Shown piece by piece: positions 1 to 10,073 of a DNA stretch of 47,034 nt. This DNA is from Mycobacteriales bacterium (lineage in GTDB: Bacteria > Actinomycetota > Actinomycetes > BP-191), in NCBI GenBank assembly GCA_046715235.1, contig JBKJZO010000167.1:1-47034 (forward strand), in the 5' to 3' direction. Position numbers and translations under genes: made by a program. The stretch's first letter is position 1. Every line of letters begins with the position of its first letter. The notes beneath the pieces were generated by a model, which was not told the DNA's origin, searched no databases, and saw nothing but the letters and a program-made list of their open reading frames with translations.

Positions 1-31
1 AGCATCCATTTTTCCGGGGGTCGACCGGGCG

Positions 32-1219
32 ATGACTGAGCCGCCCGAGTACGACGTCGCCGTCATCGGCACCGGACCGGCCGGCGCGACGGCCGCCCGA
101 GTCGCGGCCGAAGCAGGGTGCCGCACCCTCCTGCTGGAGCGCTCCGCCGTACCGCGCTACAAGTGCTGCGGCGGCGGCATCGTGGGCCTGTCACGTGCCG
201 CGCTGCCCGCTGGTCTGACGATTCCGGTCAGCGACCGGGTGCACCGCATCACCTTCACCAAGGACGGCAGGCAGCGCTACACCCGGTCGGCCCGTGGGGG
301 TCCGGTTTTCGAGTTGGTGATGCGCGCCGAGTTCGACGCGGAGCTGGTGCGCGCCGCCTGCGCCGCCGGGGTGGAGCTGCGCACTGGCGTGACCGTGCGC
401 GGCCTGGCTGAAGACGGCGGTGGCGTGATGCTGACCACTGGGGAGCAGCCGGTACGCGCGGCCGTGGTCGTCGGCGCCGACGGCACGGGCGGCCGCACCG
501 GCAGCTACGTCGGCGTGCAGTGCACGCAGGTCGACGTCGGACTCGAAGGCGAGTTCCCGGTGCCAGCCGATCGAGCCGGTTACTGGTCGGGCCGGGTGCA
601 CATCGACTGGGGGCCGGTGCCCGGCGCCTACGCGTGGGTGTTTCCCAAGGGCGATCTGCTCAGCGTCGGAGTCATCGGCGACCGGTCGCATGGCGAACGC
701 CTGCGCCGCTACTACGCCGACTTCGTCGCGTCGATGGGGCTCGGCGCGGCCACGCCGACGACGTTCTCCGGCCACCTGACTCGGTGCCGCACGCCCGATT
801 CGCCGCTTCGCCGCGGGCGCGTGCTGGTCGCCGGCGACGCCGCCGGACTTCTCGAGCCGTGGACCCGTGAAGGGATCTCTTACGCGCTGCGCTCAGGGGC
901 ACTGGCCGGCGCGGCCGCGGCGAACGCGGCGCAATCGCCCGACGAGACTTCGGCGCAAACCGCACTGTCGGCGTACGGCGAGCAGGTGGCGGTTTCGCTC
1001 GAACCGGAGATGGCGGCCGGGCGGGTCTTCCTCCGGGCTTTCACCGCGAATCGCCAGGCATACCACGGGTTTCTGGCCAGCATCCCGGGGGGCTGGCAGC
1101 TGTTCACCCGGGTCGTCGCAGGGGAGACGACCCTGGCCGAGCAGCTGCGCCGGCCCGCCGTTCGCATGGCCGTCGCTGCAGTCACCGCGACCGGCGCGGT
1201 ACGACGCCGGCCGGCGTAG
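32..1219 (+). CDS. Geranylgeranyl reductase family FAD-dependent oxidoreductase
   Basis: GTGPAG dinucleotide motif, PRYKCCGGG, YAWVFPKGD, AGDAAGLLEPWTREGISYA. Confidence 0.88.
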   Translation: MTEPPEYDVAVIGTGPAGATAARVAAEAGCRTLLLERSAVPRYKCCGGGIVGLSRAALPAGLTIPVSDRVHRITFTKDGRQRYTRSARGGPVFELVMRAEFDAELVRAACAAGVELRTGVTVRGLAEDGGGVMLTTGEQPVRAAVVVGADGTGGRTGSYVGVQCTQVDVGLEGEFPVPADRAGYWSGRVHIDWGPVPGAYAWVFPKGDLLSVGVIGDRSHGERLRRYYADFVASMGLGAATPTTFSGHLTRCRTPDSPLRRGRVLVAGDAAGLLEPWTREGISYALRSGALAGAAAANAAQSPDETSAQTALSAYGEQVAVSLEPEMAAGRVFLRAFTANRQAYHGFLASIPGGWQLFTRVVAGETTLAEQLRRPAVRMAVAAVTATGAVRRRPA

Positions 1220-1225
1220 CGTCCA

Positions 1226-2449
1226 CTAGTCGCGCCAGATCGGGCAGCTCATGCAGCGCGGGCCGCCGCGGCCGCTGCCCAGCTCGCTTCCAGAGATCGC
1301 GATGACCTCGATCCCCTGCTCCTCGAGGCATTTGTTGGTCTCGACGTTGCGTTCGTAGGCCACCGCCAGCCGCGGCGCGATGGCCAGGGTGTTGTTGCCG
1401 TCGTCCCACTGCTCGCGCTCCGCCGTAACCGGGTCGAGTCCGGTGTCGATGACATTGAGCGCGTCGATGCGCATCGCGTCGGCGGCCGCGCGCAGGAACG
1501 GCGCGGGCCCGGCAACCGTGACGTCGTCGCCGTTGCCGCCAGGGGTAAGGGTGTACGCCGTCAACGATTCGGCGATGGGGGCGTACATCACGCACCGGTC
1601 GACGTCGACCATCGTAAAGATGGTGTCGAGGTGCATAGTCGCGCGGCGTTGCTCGATCGGAACCGCCAAGACGGTATGCGCGACGCCGGCGTCGAACGCG
1701 CGCAACGCGATCGCCTCGACCCCGGCGGCCCGGGTGCGTTCCCCCATTCCGATCGCGACGACGCCATCGCTGAGCAGCAGGCAGTCGCCGCCCTCGACCC
1801 ACGCCGGCTCGTCCAGCCCGCCGTACAGCACATGCGTCCCGGCGAAACGCGGGTGGTGGCGGTAGATGGCGGCGGTGATCGACGCTTCGCGCTCTCGCGC
1901 CGACATCGACGGGTGGGTCACCGCCACCTGGTCGCGCAGCCACACCGAGGAGTCACGGGTGAAGAGCAGGTTCGGCAGCGGCGCGATGACGAACTCGTGC
2001 CGGCTCATCATCCGGTAGACCGCGCCGGTCCCTGAGGGCACCTCCTCATGCGCGAGCCCGGCGACGAGTACTTCGGCCAGTTGCTCCGACGGCATCTCGG
2101 CCAGCATCGATCTGACAGTGGTCTTGAGGATCGGGCCGGTGTGCCACGCCGGCAGTGCGTCCTCGATGACGCGGGCCCGTGCTTCGTCCTGTCCGAGCGC
2201 CTCGGCGAGCAGCTCTTGCATGTAGAGCACCTCGACCCCGCGACCGCGCAGCGCGTCGGCGAACTCGTCGTGCTCGTCCTGGGCGCGCCCGACCCAAGGG
2301 ATGCCGTCGAAGAGCAGGTCGGCGTTGTTGCGCGGCGTCAGCCGCTTGAGCTCGTTGCCCGGCCGGTGCAGCAGCACGGTGCGCAGCCGCCCCACCTCGT
2401 TGGTGACCCGTGCGGGTGCGCGGCCCCCGGCAGCGGCAGCGTCCGTCAT
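1226..2449 (-). CDS. arcA: Arginine deiminase
   Basis: [30 protein letters not shown] and catalytic-Cys motif [13 protein letters not shown]. Confidence 0.95.
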   Translation of the reverse strand: MTDAAAAGGRAPARVTNEVGRLRTVLLHRPGNELKRLTPRNNADLLFDGIPWVGRAQDEHDEFADALRGRGVEVLYMQELLAEALGQDEARARVIEDALPAWHTGPILKTTVRSMLAEMPSEQLAEVLVAGLAHEEVPSGTGAVYRMMSRHEFVIAPLPNLLFTRDSSVWLRDQVAVTHPSMSAREREASITAAIYRHHPRFAGTHVLYGGLDEPAWVEGGDCLLLSDGVVAIGMGERTRAAGVEAIALRAFDAGVAHTVLAVPIEQRRATMHLDTIFTMVDVDRCVMYAPIAESLTAYTLTPGGNGDDVTVAGPAPFLRAAADAMRIDALNVIDTGLDPVTAEREQWDDGNNTLAIAPRLAVAYERNVETNKCLEEQGIEVIAISGSELGSGRGGPRCMSCPIWRD

Positions 2450-2591
2450 ACGGTCACCCTAATCGCGGCCTGCGCGGTGCACGGGTCTGCCATATGACCG
2501 ATCACCGTCACGTTGGGCACCTTGCTGAGCGTGGCCGTTTACGGTCAAAGGTCAATTGGCAAGGTGGTGGGTGGCGCGGGATCGTCTCCTC

Positions 2592-3749
2592 ATGAGCACC
2601 CGGCCGAGCAAGCTCGCGAGCACTCTGCGGGTGCAGAACGCCGGCGGCTCGCTGGCGACGACCGCCGTACGCCGGATGAACGAGGAACTGTCGTGGTTCC
2701 GCGACCTGCCGCCGGACCAGCGTTCGGTCGTGGGCCTGGTCATGCAGGCGGGCATCACCGCATTCGTCGAGTGGATGACCTCGCCGCGGTATCGGCTCGA
2801 GTCGACCGGCACGATCTTTGGAGCTGCACCGCGGGAGTTCGCCCGCGTCATCACGTTGCAGCAGACCGTCGAGATGGTGCGACTGACCGTCGACGTCGTC
2901 GAGCAGGCTGTCCCCGAACTCGCCGCCCCCGGCGAGGAGATCGCGCTGCGCGAGGCGGTGCTCCGCTTCTCGCGCGAGGTCGCGTTCGCCGCCGCTGACG
3001 TCTACGCCAAGGCGGCTGAGGAGCGGGGCGCCTGGCATGCCCGGCTCAGAGCGCTGCTGGTCGACGCACTGCTGCGCGGTGACGCCGCCGAGTCCCTCCA
3101 GGGCAGGGCGGCAGCACTGGGCTGGGGTACGCCGAGCAGGGTGGCGGTAATCGCCGGGCTTGCACCGGAAGGCGACCCCGAGCCGGTCCTCGACGAGGCC
3201 GAACGCCGTGCCCGTCAAGTGGGCGTCGATGCGCTGGCCGGCCTGCAGGGCGACCGCATCGTGGTGGTGCTCGGCGGTGCCGACGACCGCCTGGAGGCTT
3301 GTGCTGCCGAGCTGGTGCCGGTGTTCGGCAAGGGCCCGATCGTGCTCGGTCCCCATGTCGCGTCCCTCAGCGAGGCGGGTACGTCGGCGCAGGCCGCACT
3401 GATCGGGCTTCGGGTCGCGGCGGGGTGGCCGGACGCCCCGCGTCCGGTCCTGGCCGGGGAGTTGCTGCCGGAGCGGGCCCTCGATGGCGACGTGATGGCG
3501 GCGGCCTCGCTGCTGGAAGATATCTACAACCCGCTGGCCGAATCGGGACCGGCGCTGCTCGAAACGGTCACGACATTCCTCGCTCATGGCGGCTCGATCG
3601 AGGGCACGGCTCGGGCGATGTATCTGCACCCCAACACGGTCCGTTACCGGCTTCGCCGCGCGATCGAGGTGTGCGGGGTCAGCGTTTTTGACCCGCGGGG
3701 CGCCTTCACGGTGCAGGTGGCGCTGACCCTGGGCCGGATCGCGGGCTGA
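2592..3749 (+). CDS. fasR: PucR-family fatty-acid synthesis regulator (FasR/MabR-like)
   Basis: C-terminal HTH ARAMYLHPNTVRYRL; FSREVAFAAADVYAKAAEERGAW segment; directly upstream of fabD. Start set at ATG 2592. Confidence 0.88.
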   Translation: MSTRPSKLASTLRVQNAGGSLATTAVRRMNEELSWFRDLPPDQRSVVGLVMQAGITAFVEWMTSPRYRLESTGTIFGAAPREFARVITLQQTVEMVRLTVDVVEQAVPELAAPGEEIALREAVLRFSREVAFAAADVYAKAAEERGAWHARLRALLVDALLRGDAAESLQGRAAALGWGTPSRVAVIAGLAPEGDPEPVLDEAERRARQVGVDALAGLQGDRIVVVLGGADDRLEACAAELVPVFGKGPIVLGPHVASLSEAGTSAQAALIGLRVAAGWPDAPRPVLAGELLPERALDGDVMAAASLLEDIYNPLAESGPALLETVTTFLAHGGSIEGTARAMYLHPNTVRYRLRRAIEVCGVSVFDPRGAFTVQVALTLGRIAG

Positions 3750-3775
3750 GTGGCCGCCGCGACAACGCGGGCGGC

Positions 3776-3796
3776 TTTTGTCAGAATCCTACAAAG
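3776..3796. promoter_or_regulatory. MabR/FasR-type operator palindrome TTTTGT-N9-ACAAAG
   Basis: ttttgt cagaatcct acaaag between fasR and fabD; resembles the TTTTGT-N9-ACAAAA inverted repeat recalled for mycobacterial MabR. Confidence 0.75.
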
Positions 3797-3862
3797 GACC
3801 GCGCGATAGTTCGTGTGCGTCGTTATTGGTCGAGCACCCTCAGGGCGGAGATGGTTGACGGC

Positions 3863-5035
3863 ATGCTTGCAATCGTCGCGCCCGGCCAGGGCTCCCAGAC
3901 GCCTGGCTTCCTGACGCCATGGCTTGAGGTACGGGGCGTCGCCGAGCGCCTTCGCTGGTACTCCGAGGTCGTCGGGCGCGACCTGGTAGCCCTCGGCACC
4001 ACCGGCAGCGCTGACGAGATCCGCGACACCGCCGTCTGCCAGCCACTGCTGGTCGCGGCCGGCCTCGCTACGGCCGGCGCCCTGCTCGGAGGCGACGAGC
4101 GCCCCCGCTACTACGCGGGTCACAGCGTCGGCGAGCTGACGGCCGCCGCCCTGTCCGAGATGCTCAGTGACGAAGCCGCCCTGGTCGTCGCCCGTGAGCG
4201 CGGCAACGCCATGGCCGAGGCGGCCGCGCGTACGCCGACCGGCATGGCTGCCGTGTTGGGCGGTGACCCCGAAGAGGTCGTGCGCGTCATCGAGACCGTG
4301 GGTCTGACCGCGGCCAACCGAAACGGCTCGGGACAGATCGTCGCCGCGGGTTCACTCGAGGCTCTGGCAGCGCTTCCCGGCGCGCTCGACGGCGTCGCTC
4401 GCGTCATCCAACTCAAGGTCGCCGGGGCGTTCCACACCGAATACATGCGCCCGGCGCAGGAGCGCCTCGAAACCCTGGCCGCCGCCGTACCGTCGCGCGA
4501 TGCCCACGTGCCGATGCTCACTAATGCCGACGGCTCGGTCGTCACGCACGGCGGCGACCTGCTCAAGTTGCTCGTCCAGCAGGTCACGTCACCAGTGCGC
4601 TGGGACATGTGCATGGAGACGCTCGTCCACGCCGGTGTCAGCGCGGTTGTCGAGCTTTCGCCGGCAGGCACCCTCGCTGGCCTGTTCAGCCGCGAGTACA
4701 AGGACGTCAAGGTTGTCGCGCTCAAGACGCCGGGCGACCTCGAGGCCGCTCGCGCGCTGATCGAGGAGGACAGGAGCAACCGCGCCGGTACGGCGACCGC
4801 GCCGCCGTGGCGGCTTATCCTCGCCCCCGCCGGCGGCACCTTCGAGGTCTCGATGCACGAGGAGGACGTCGACTTGGTTGCTGGCACGTGTTTGGGCATC
4901 GTCTCGAGCCGCCGCGGCAACGCCGAAGTCATCGCGCCGTACGGCGGCCGGCTAGTCGAGTGGCTCGCGCACGACGGCGACCGAGTCAAGCCCGGTCAGC
5001 CGCTTGCCCGGCTGCACCCGGCGGAGACGCTTTGA
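3863..5035 (+). CDS. fabD: Malonyl-CoA:ACP transacylase with C-terminal biotinyl/lipoyl-like domain
   Basis: APGQGSQ, GHSVGE active Ser, VAGAFHT, QVTSPVRW; about 70 extra C-terminal residues with barrel-sandwich pattern. Confidence 0.93.
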   Translation: MLAIVAPGQGSQTPGFLTPWLEVRGVAERLRWYSEVVGRDLVALGTTGSADEIRDTAVCQPLLVAAGLATAGALLGGDERPRYYAGHSVGELTAAALSEMLSDEAALVVARERGNAMAEAAARTPTGMAAVLGGDPEEVVRVIETVGLTAANRNGSGQIVAAGSLEALAALPGALDGVARVIQLKVAGAFHTEYMRPAQERLETLAAAVPSRDAHVPMLTNADGSVVTHGGDLLKLLVQQVTSPVRWDMCMETLVHAGVSAVVELSPAGTLAGLFSREYKDVKVVALKTPGDLEAARALIEEDRSNRAGTATAPPWRLILAPAGGTFEVSMHEEDVDLVAGTCLGIVSSRRGNAEVIAPYGGRLVEWLAHDGDRVKPGQPLARLHPAETL

Positions 5036-6003
5036 TGAGCGGCCTCGCCGTACGCACGGGCTCTCCCGGCGCTCGCATCGTCGGTGTCGGTGACTACCGG
5101 CCCGCGCGGCTCATGACCAACGAGGAGATGTCGAAGATCGTCGACACGAGCGACGAGTGGATCGTCAGCCGCGTCGGGGTCTCGACCAGGCACATCGCAG
5201 CGGACGACGAATCGGTCGTGTCCATGGGCAGCGCCGCGGCGGCCAAGGCGGTGGCCGCGAGCGGCCTTGATCCCGAGCTCATCGACCTCGTGCTACTCGG
5301 CTCGTGCACGCAGCCGGTCCCGATGCCGGCGGGCGCGCCGCGAATCGCCAGCGATATCGGCGCGGTCAACGCAGCAGCACTCGACATCAACGCCGCGTGC
5401 GCGGGCTTCTGTTACGGCCTCGCGCAGGCCGCCGATGCGATCCGTGCCGGCTCGGCGCGGCACGTCGTCGTCGTCGGCTCCGAGCTGTTCTCGCGGCCGT
5501 TCATGGACTGGACCGACCGCACCATCTGCGTGATCTTCGGTGACGGGGCGGGCGCCGCGGTTGTCAGCGGCAGCGACGTCAACGGCATCGGACCGGTCAT
5601 CTGGGGCGCCGACGGCTCGCGGTTCAACACGATCTCGATCCCGGAGGGCGACAAGTACATCCGCATGGAAGGCCAGGCCGTCTACCGCTGGGCGTCCAGC
5701 GAGCTCAAGCACATCGCCGGCGAGGCCTGCGAGGCCGCCGGAGTGCGCGTCGACGAGCTCGCGGCGTTCATTCCGCACCAAGCCAACGTGCGCATCATCG
5801 ACGCGCTCGCCCGCTCGCTCGGCATCGATCCGGCCAAGGTGTCGCGCGACATCGTCGCCACCGGCAACACCTCGGCGGCGTCGATCCCGCTGGCGATGTC
5901 CCGGATGATCGACGAAGGCTTGCTGCCCTCCGGCGCGCCCGTGCTGTTCTTCGGTTTCGGCGCGGGGCTGACGTACGCCGCCCAGGTGGTGACCGCCCCA
6001 TGA
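5035..6003 (+). CDS. fabH: 3-oxoacyl-ACP synthase III
   Basis: Cys-His-Asn triad motifs NAACAGF, PHQAN, GNTSAAS; ATG overlaps fabD stop (TGATG). Confidence 0.95.
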   Translation: MSGLAVRTGSPGARIVGVGDYRPARLMTNEEMSKIVDTSDEWIVSRVGVSTRHIAADDESVVSMGSAAAAKAVAASGLDPELIDLVLLGSCTQPVPMPAGAPRIASDIGAVNAAALDINAACAGFCYGLAQAADAIRAGSARHVVVVGSELFSRPFMDWTDRTICVIFGDGAGAAVVSGSDVNGIGPVIWGADGSRFNTISIPEGDKYIRMEGQAVYRWASSELKHIAGEACEAAGVRVDELAAFIPHQANVRIIDALARSLGIDPAKVSRDIVATGNTSAASIPLAMSRMIDEGLLPSGAPVLFFGFGAGLTYAAQVVTAP

Positions 6004-6776
6004 CCGGCAAACCCGTTCTCGACGACCCGCGCTCCGACGCCGGCATCCGCCGTACCGTCCTGGTCACCGGCGCTTCCGGCTATCTGGGTCAGGCGATCGT
6101 GGCGGCGCTGGCCGAGCCGGGCACACACGTCGTGTGCCACTACCGCTCCGACCGCGCGGGAGCCGACAAGGCCGTTGCCTTGGCCGAGGAGAAGGGTGCG
6201 ACGGCCAGTGCCGTCGCCGCCGATCTGCGCGACAAGGACGCGGCGGCTGAGCTGGTCAAGGGGTGCCCGACCGGTCCTGACGTCGTCGTGTGCAACGCCG
6301 GCATCACCCGCGACGGCATCTCGCTGATGATGAGCGACGAGGCGTTCGAAGACGTCATCGACGCCAACCTGGCCGCTGTTTTCCGTACGGCGCGCGCCGC
6401 GTTGCGCTCGATGCTGCGGCGCAAGGCGGGTCGGGTGATCTTCATCGGCTCCGTTACGGGTTTGCTCGGGAACGCCGGCCAGGCCAACTACGCTGCTGCG
6501 AAGGCCGGCCTCGGGGGGCTTGCACGGTCACTCGCGCGCGAAGTGGCTTCCAGGGGCATCACCGTCAACGTGGTGGCCCCGGGTGTGCTCGAGGGCGGGC
6601 TTGCCGGAGAAGGCGCCGCCGAGGGCCTGCTCGAGCTCGAGAAGTCGATCCCGGCCGGACGACGCGGCCGGGGCGAAGAAGTCGCGGCAGCGGTGGCGTT
6701 CCTCGCCAGCGATGCGGCGTCGTACATCACAGGAACCACGCTTGCCGTCGACGGCGGTCTGGCTATGGGCTGCTAA
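6000..6776 (+). CDS. fabG: 3-oxoacyl-ACP reductase
   Basis: TGASGYLG, NAGITRD, GQANYAAAK; ATGA overlap with fabH. Confidence 0.88.
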   Translation: MTGKPVLDDPRSDAGIRRTVLVTGASGYLGQAIVAALAEPGTHVVCHYRSDRAGADKAVALAEEKGATASAVAADLRDKDAAAELVKGCPTGPDVVVCNAGITRDGISLMMSDEAFEDVIDANLAAVFRTARAALRSMLRRKAGRVIFIGSVTGLLGNAGQANYAAAKAGLGGLARSLAREVASRGITVNVVAPGVLEGGLAGEGAAEGLLELEKSIPAGRRGRGEEVAAAVAFLASDAASYITGTTLAVDGGLAMGC

Positions 6777-6810
6777 CCGCAGCCCGAACCCCCACGAGAA
6801 GGAGAGTTAC

Positions 6811-7059
6811 ATGAGCGACGAGGACATCCTTACCGGCCTCGCCGAGATCATCAACGAGATCACGGGTCGTCCCACGACGGCGGTTGTACCGAGTGCGACG
6901 TTCACTGATGACCTCGACATCGACTCGCTGTCGATGGTCGAAGTTGCCGTGGCCGCCGAAGAGCGTTTCGGCGTGAAGATTCCTGACGAGGCACTGGCGA
7001 AGTTGAAGACGGTTCAGGACGCCATCGACTTCATCAAGTCGGCAGGTGTGCCCGCATGA
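6811..7059 (+). CDS. acpP: Acyl carrier protein
   Basis: DLDIDSLSMVE phosphopantetheine motif; RBS aaggag before ATG 6811. Confidence 0.95.
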   Translation: MSDEDILTGLAEIINEITGRPTTAVVPSATFTDDLDIDSLSMVEVAVAAEERFGVKIPDEALAKLKTVQDAIDFIKSAGVPA

Positions 7060-8306
7060 CATCCCGCCAGGACATTCGCGTCCTGGTGACCGGGGTCGGC
7101 GCGGTGACCCCGGTCGGGGACGACGCGCCTTCCTCGTGGGAGGCATTGCTTGCCGGTCGTTCGGGTGTCACCCGTCTCGACGACCGGTTCGAGTGGATGG
7201 GAGAGCTGACGGTCAAGATCGGCGCGATGGTGCCGACCGATCCGGCCGAGCGGCTCGACCGCATCGAGGCACGCAACATGGACCGGTGTGTGCGCCTCGG
7301 CGTTCTGGCGTTCCGTGAGGCGTGGGCCGATGCGGGAAAGCCCGAGGTTGCGCACGAGCGCCTGGCGACGGTGATCGGCACGGGCATTGGCGGGATCGTC
7401 ACGCTGCTCGACCAGTACGACATCTTCAAGGAGAAGGGTGCGCGGCGCGTGTCGCCGTTCACGATCCCGATGATGATCCCCAACAGCCCGGCGGCAACCA
7501 TCGCCCTCGAGATCGGCGCCCGCGCCGGCACGAGGACGCCGGTCAGTGCCTGCGCTTCCGGCTCCGAGGCCCTGTCCATGGCGCTCGACATGCTGCGCAC
7601 CGGCCGGATCGACGTCATCGTCGCGGGGGCGACCGAGTCGATCTTCCATCCGCTCCCGATGGTCGGCTTTGCCAACATGCGCGCGCTCTCGACGCGCAAC
7701 GACGAGCCGCAGCGTGCCAGCCGGCCGTGGGACGCCGACCGCGACGGTTTCGTCCTCGCCGAGGGCGCCGGCGTACTCATCCTCGAGACCGAAGAGCATG
7801 CCAAGGCGCGGGGCGCGAAGGTGTACGCCGAGCTTGCGGGCTCCGGTGTCACGTCCGACGGCTACCACATCACCGCGCCCGACCCCTCGGGCTCCGGTGC
7901 CGCCGCGGCGATGACGCTGGCGATGGCCGACGCGGAGCTCCAGCCCGAGGACATCAACTACATCAACGCCCACGGCACCTCGACACCGGTCGGCGACGTA
8001 GCCGAGATCGACGCCATCAAGGCGGCGTTCGGCACCCACGCGCGGTCGTTCCCTATTTCGTCGACGAAGTCGATGACCGGGCACTCGCTCGGCGGCGCCG
8101 GAGCGATCGAGGCGGTCGTCGTCTGCCAGTCGATCCGCGACAGCAAGGTCCACCCGACGATCAACCGCGACAAGCCCGACGAGACCTGCGACCTCGACGT
8201 CGTACCCGAGGGCGCGCGAGAGCATCCGATCAGCGCGGCGCTCTCCAACTCGTTCGGTTTCGGCGGCCACAACATCACGCTGGCGTTCCGCCGCTACGAC
8301 GGCTGA
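7056..8306 (+). CDS. fabF: 3-oxoacyl-ACP synthase II
   Basis: SACASG, NAHGTST, KSMTGHSLG, SNSFGFGGHN. Confidence 0.95.
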   Translation: MTSRQDIRVLVTGVGAVTPVGDDAPSSWEALLAGRSGVTRLDDRFEWMGELTVKIGAMVPTDPAERLDRIEARNMDRCVRLGVLAFREAWADAGKPEVAHERLATVIGTGIGGIVTLLDQYDIFKEKGARRVSPFTIPMMIPNSPAATIALEIGARAGTRTPVSACASGSEALSMALDMLRTGRIDVIVAGATESIFHPLPMVGFANMRALSTRNDEPQRASRPWDADRDGFVLAEGAGVLILETEEHAKARGAKVYAELAGSGVTSDGYHITAPDPSGSGAAAAMTLAMADAELQPEDINYINAHGTSTPVGDVAEIDAIKAAFGTHARSFPISSTKSMTGHSLGGAGAIEAVVVCQSIRDSKVHPTINRDKPDETCDLDVVPEGAREHPISAALSNSFGFGGHNITLAFRRYDG

Positions 8307-8342
8307 GTCGCCGCACCCGATTCGGATTCGGAGCGTCCTCGT

Positions 8343-9788
8343 ATGACGACCGTCGTCCAACCCGCCGGTTCGACCGGCACCGACAGTCTCTCCGTCGAAT
8401 CCGCGGCGCCTGAGCGACCGGCAACGAGCCCGCACGTCCGCATCGCCAATCTGCTCGACGCGGGCACCTTCGTGCTCGCCGAGGAGGCCGGCGCGGTGGT
8501 GTGGGGTATGGGAACGATCGACAGTGCTCCAGCCGTCGTCTACGCGACCGATCCGGCCATCATGGGCGGCGCGCTCGGCGCCGAGGGGTGCCAGCTGATC
8601 TGCAACGCCATCACGACCGCGCTCAGCGAAGGCGTGCCGGTGGTGGGCATGTGGCACTCCGGTGGCGCCCGCCTGCAGGAAGGCGTCTGGGGACTCGACG
8701 GCGTCGGTAAGGTCTTCGCGGCGATGACGCACGCGTCGGGCAAGGTGCCGCAGATCTCGGTTGTGCTCGGCCCCTGCGCGGGTGGTGCCGCCTACGGCCC
8801 CGCGTTGACCGATGTCGTGATCATGGGCCCGGCCGCACGTGTATTCGTGACCGGCCCCGACGTCGTACGCAGTGTCACAGGCGAGTCGGTGACGGCCGAG
8901 ATGCTCGGTGGTCCGGGACCGCACGGGCGCCGCAGCGGTGTCGTGCACATCGTGTCCGACACCGAAGCCGATGCGCTGCTGCGCACCCGCGAAGTCACCG
9001 CGCTGCTCGGCAACCCCGGGTCGTTCGGCGGTGACCTCGACACGCTCGACGAGACGATGCCGTCGATGCTGCCCGAGTCGAAGAAGCGCGCGTACGACGT
9101 GAAGCCAGTTGTCGAGGCGTTTCTCGACGACGGTACGGCGGCCGAGCTGCACGCGGGCTGGGCACCAAACCTGGTGACGACTCTCGGCCGGCTCGCCGGC
9201 CGCACCGTCGGCGTCGTCGCCAACAATCCGGTGCGTCTAGGCGGCTGCCTCGACTCAGCCAGCGCCGAGAAGGGCGCGCGGTTCGTGCGCATGTGCGACG
9301 CGTTCGGCATACCGCTCGTCGTCCTCGTCGACGTGCCCGGCTACCTGCCCGGTGTCGACCAGGAGTGGGACGGCGTCGTACGCCGCGGCGCGAAGCTGCT
9401 GCACGCGTTCGCCGAGACGATCGTGCCGCGGGTGACTGTGGTGACCCGCAAGGCTTTTGGTGGCGCTTACATCGCGATGAACTCACGGTCGCTCGGCGCG
9501 ACCGCGGTCTTCGCGTGGGCCGACGCCGAGGTTGCGGTCATGGGTGCGGAGGCGGCGGTCGGGATCCTGCACCGCAGGCGCCTCGCCGCCGTACCCGACG
9601 AGGAACGCGCGGCCCTGATCCAGGAGCTCGCCGAGGAGCACAAGCAGATCGCTGGCGGCCTACCGCGTGCCGTCGAGCTAGGCCTGGTCGACGAGGTGAT
9701 CGAGCCCGCGGCGACGCGCGCCAGGGTCATCGCCGCGATCGCCGACGCGCCTCAGGTCCGCGGCAACCACGGCAACATCCCCCTCTGA
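8343..9788 (+). CDS. accD: Acyl-CoA carboxylase carboxyltransferase subunit (AccD6-like)
   Basis: HSGGARLQEG, GPCAGGAAY, DVPGYLPG, C-terminal HGNIPL. Confidence 0.9.
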   Translation: MTTVVQPAGSTGTDSLSVESAAPERPATSPHVRIANLLDAGTFVLAEEAGAVVWGMGTIDSAPAVVYATDPAIMGGALGAEGCQLICNAITTALSEGVPVVGMWHSGGARLQEGVWGLDGVGKVFAAMTHASGKVPQISVVLGPCAGGAAYGPALTDVVIMGPAARVFVTGPDVVRSVTGESVTAEMLGGPGPHGRRSGVVHIVSDTEADALLRTREVTALLGNPGSFGGDLDTLDETMPSMLPESKKRAYDVKPVVEAFLDDGTAAELHAGWAPNLVTTLGRLAGRTVGVVANNPVRLGGCLDSASAEKGARFVRMCDAFGIPLVVLVDVPGYLPGVDQEWDGVVRRGAKLLHAFAETIVPRVTVVTRKAFGGAYIAMNSRSLGATAVFAWADAEVAVMGAEAAVGILHRRRLAAVPDEERAALIQELAEEHKQIAGGLPRAVELGLVDEVIEPAATRARVIAAIADAPQVRGNHGNIPL

Positions 9789-10073
9789 CCCCCAACCCCT
9801 GTGGATCAGGGGGCTGGCGGCTGTTGAGGCGGACTTCTTCTGGTCGTGGGTACGGGCGCCCGGCACCCACCACAGGGCGGTAGCGCCGGCGATCAGCGCG
9901 ACGATGCAGAGGGTCGCGGATACTCGGACGCGCCGGTTGAGTGACGACGGGTCGGTCGCCGTACGACGGCGGTCGCGGGCTTCGAGGAAGACGAACGCCG
10001 CGATGGCGGCGACCAGGTAGAGCCCGGAGCTCACACCGCCGGCCGGACCGGTGAATCCATGGGCGAGCGGCAC
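9678..10073 (-). CDS. Possible small membrane protein (hypothetical)
   Basis: Two hydrophobic helices fill an otherwise empty gap, but the 3' end overlaps accD antisense by about 110 nt. Confidence 0.35.
   Translation of the reverse strand: MPLAHGFTGPAGGVSSGLYLVAAIAAFVFLEARDRRRTATDPSSLNRRVRVSATLCIVALIAGATALWWVPGARTHDQKKSASTAASPLIHRGWGSEGDVAVVAADLRRVGDRGDDPGARRRGLDHLVDQA

Noticed and set aside
4609-5034. Apparent N-terminal extension of FabH
   Set aside because: Overlaps fabD in another frame; the likely start is ATG 5035, coupled to the fabD stop
5035-8306. Type II polyketide cluster
   Set aside because: No chain-length factor or cyclases; regulator, operator and gene set fit primary fatty-acid synthesis
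7014-9152. 712-aa antisense ORF across fabF/accD
   Set aside because: Shadow frame of high-GC genes; no motifs
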